Source of the DNA: Setoptus koraiensis
Taxonomy: Eukaryota > Animalia > Arthropoda
DNA: 64,000 bases
Assembly: GCA_048013815.1 (NCBI GenBank)
Contig: CM106585.1
Coordinates: 12,772,001-12,836,000, forward strand
Direction: 5' to 3'
A program made the position numbers and the translations under genes. This document shows, piece by piece, positions 63,275-64,000 of this stretch (within the stretch, counting starts at the first letter, position 1; every line of letters starts with the position of its first letter). The notes under the pieces are model-generated. The model was given only the letters and a program-made list of their open reading frames with translations, was not told the DNA's origin and did no database searches.

Positions 63275-64000
63275 ATTTGGAATAACTAACAACATCATTG
63301 GTACAAACAACAAAATTTTGAACAAGTGACTTATCAGTTTATCATGTCGTCACTGACGTTGATTGACATGTCATTGCTTATGTCATTGTCCAATAATATA
63401 ACTTGTGCGGCCAATACCACAAACTCACACACTCACAAACACAATCTTGAATAAACAAGTGTACCTCAATTTTGAGATCACCATGTTTTAGCATCGACGA
63501 AAAACAAACAATCTGTAGCCACTGTTTCTTTGAGCTCTATATCTGCACGGCAAACGTACAGTTGTGTACCCCAAAGACAAACTTGTTGTCAATCAACAAT
63601 TACATGTGCCGCTGCGTGAGATATGCAGATGTAGATATCGCTTGCTTCTCGCATCAATTAGTTGCGCCTCCGACAACAGTTTACACCGGCACCATTGCAA
63701 CCATCAACCATCCACGAGGCAGTGTATTCTTTGTATGTATTTATTCTTGCGGCATGCACCCCCATACAAGCCATCATGATTGATGTTTCGCCTGCCACAC
63801 AATTATGACGGATTAGTTGTCTTGGCTTGCTTGTTTCGCATGTTCGGCAATCGCGAGAAACTGACACAAATGGCAAGAGCTGCCAACGGAGGCAAATATC
63901 AAATCACATTAGCCAATACATTAGCTAATGCGAAATGCAAAATCGGAATGGGCGAATGTGTTATTACTGTATTATCTGCTTTCTTGTAGCCTCTAAATCT

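Noticed and set aside
62954-63325. 123-aa minus-strand ORF MFKILLFVPMM...
   Set aside because: It is the antisense shadow of the plus-strand Gly-rich peptide gene, which has canonical splice sites and a coherent product.

Overview
Eukaryotic, gene-dense animal DNA. The gene set, ~100-nt introns and Q/N/H-rich low-complexity proteins point to an arthropod, most plausibly an acariform mite with a compact genome (inference only). Hand-spliced models give these genes in order: a secreted Q/S-rich orphan (1-1617,+), an ARID1/osa-type BAF250_C protein with no ARID domain (1792-6005,-), syntaxin-7/12 (7180-7917,+), QDPR (8373-9329,-), a daughterless/E-protein bHLH (11472-13129,-), a DGCR2/IDD-like VWC membrane protein (14800-15754,-), MED29/intersex (16139-16555,+), TMEM135 (17076-18656,-), a sphingosine-1-phosphate phosphatase (22955-24303,+), an intronless ~1,930-aa secreted orphan with furin-like sites (26228-32011,+), a four-TM protein split by a 12.7-kb intron (33007-47450,+), a small heat-shock protein (48887-50012,-), DNAJB6-like (54004-55309,-), and a 59-aa secreted Gly/Tyr/Arg-rich peptide that the ORF track misses (62985-63274,+). 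There is one 500-N scaffold gap with duplicated flanks. I recognised no rRNA, tRNA, CRISPR array or intact transposon. The most notable items are the ARID-less ARID1 gene and the inverted repeat linking its 5' leader to that of syntaxin, the giant secreted precursor, the hidden Gly-rich peptide and the giant-intron four-TM gene. All gene names come from recalled motif similarity; no database searches were run.
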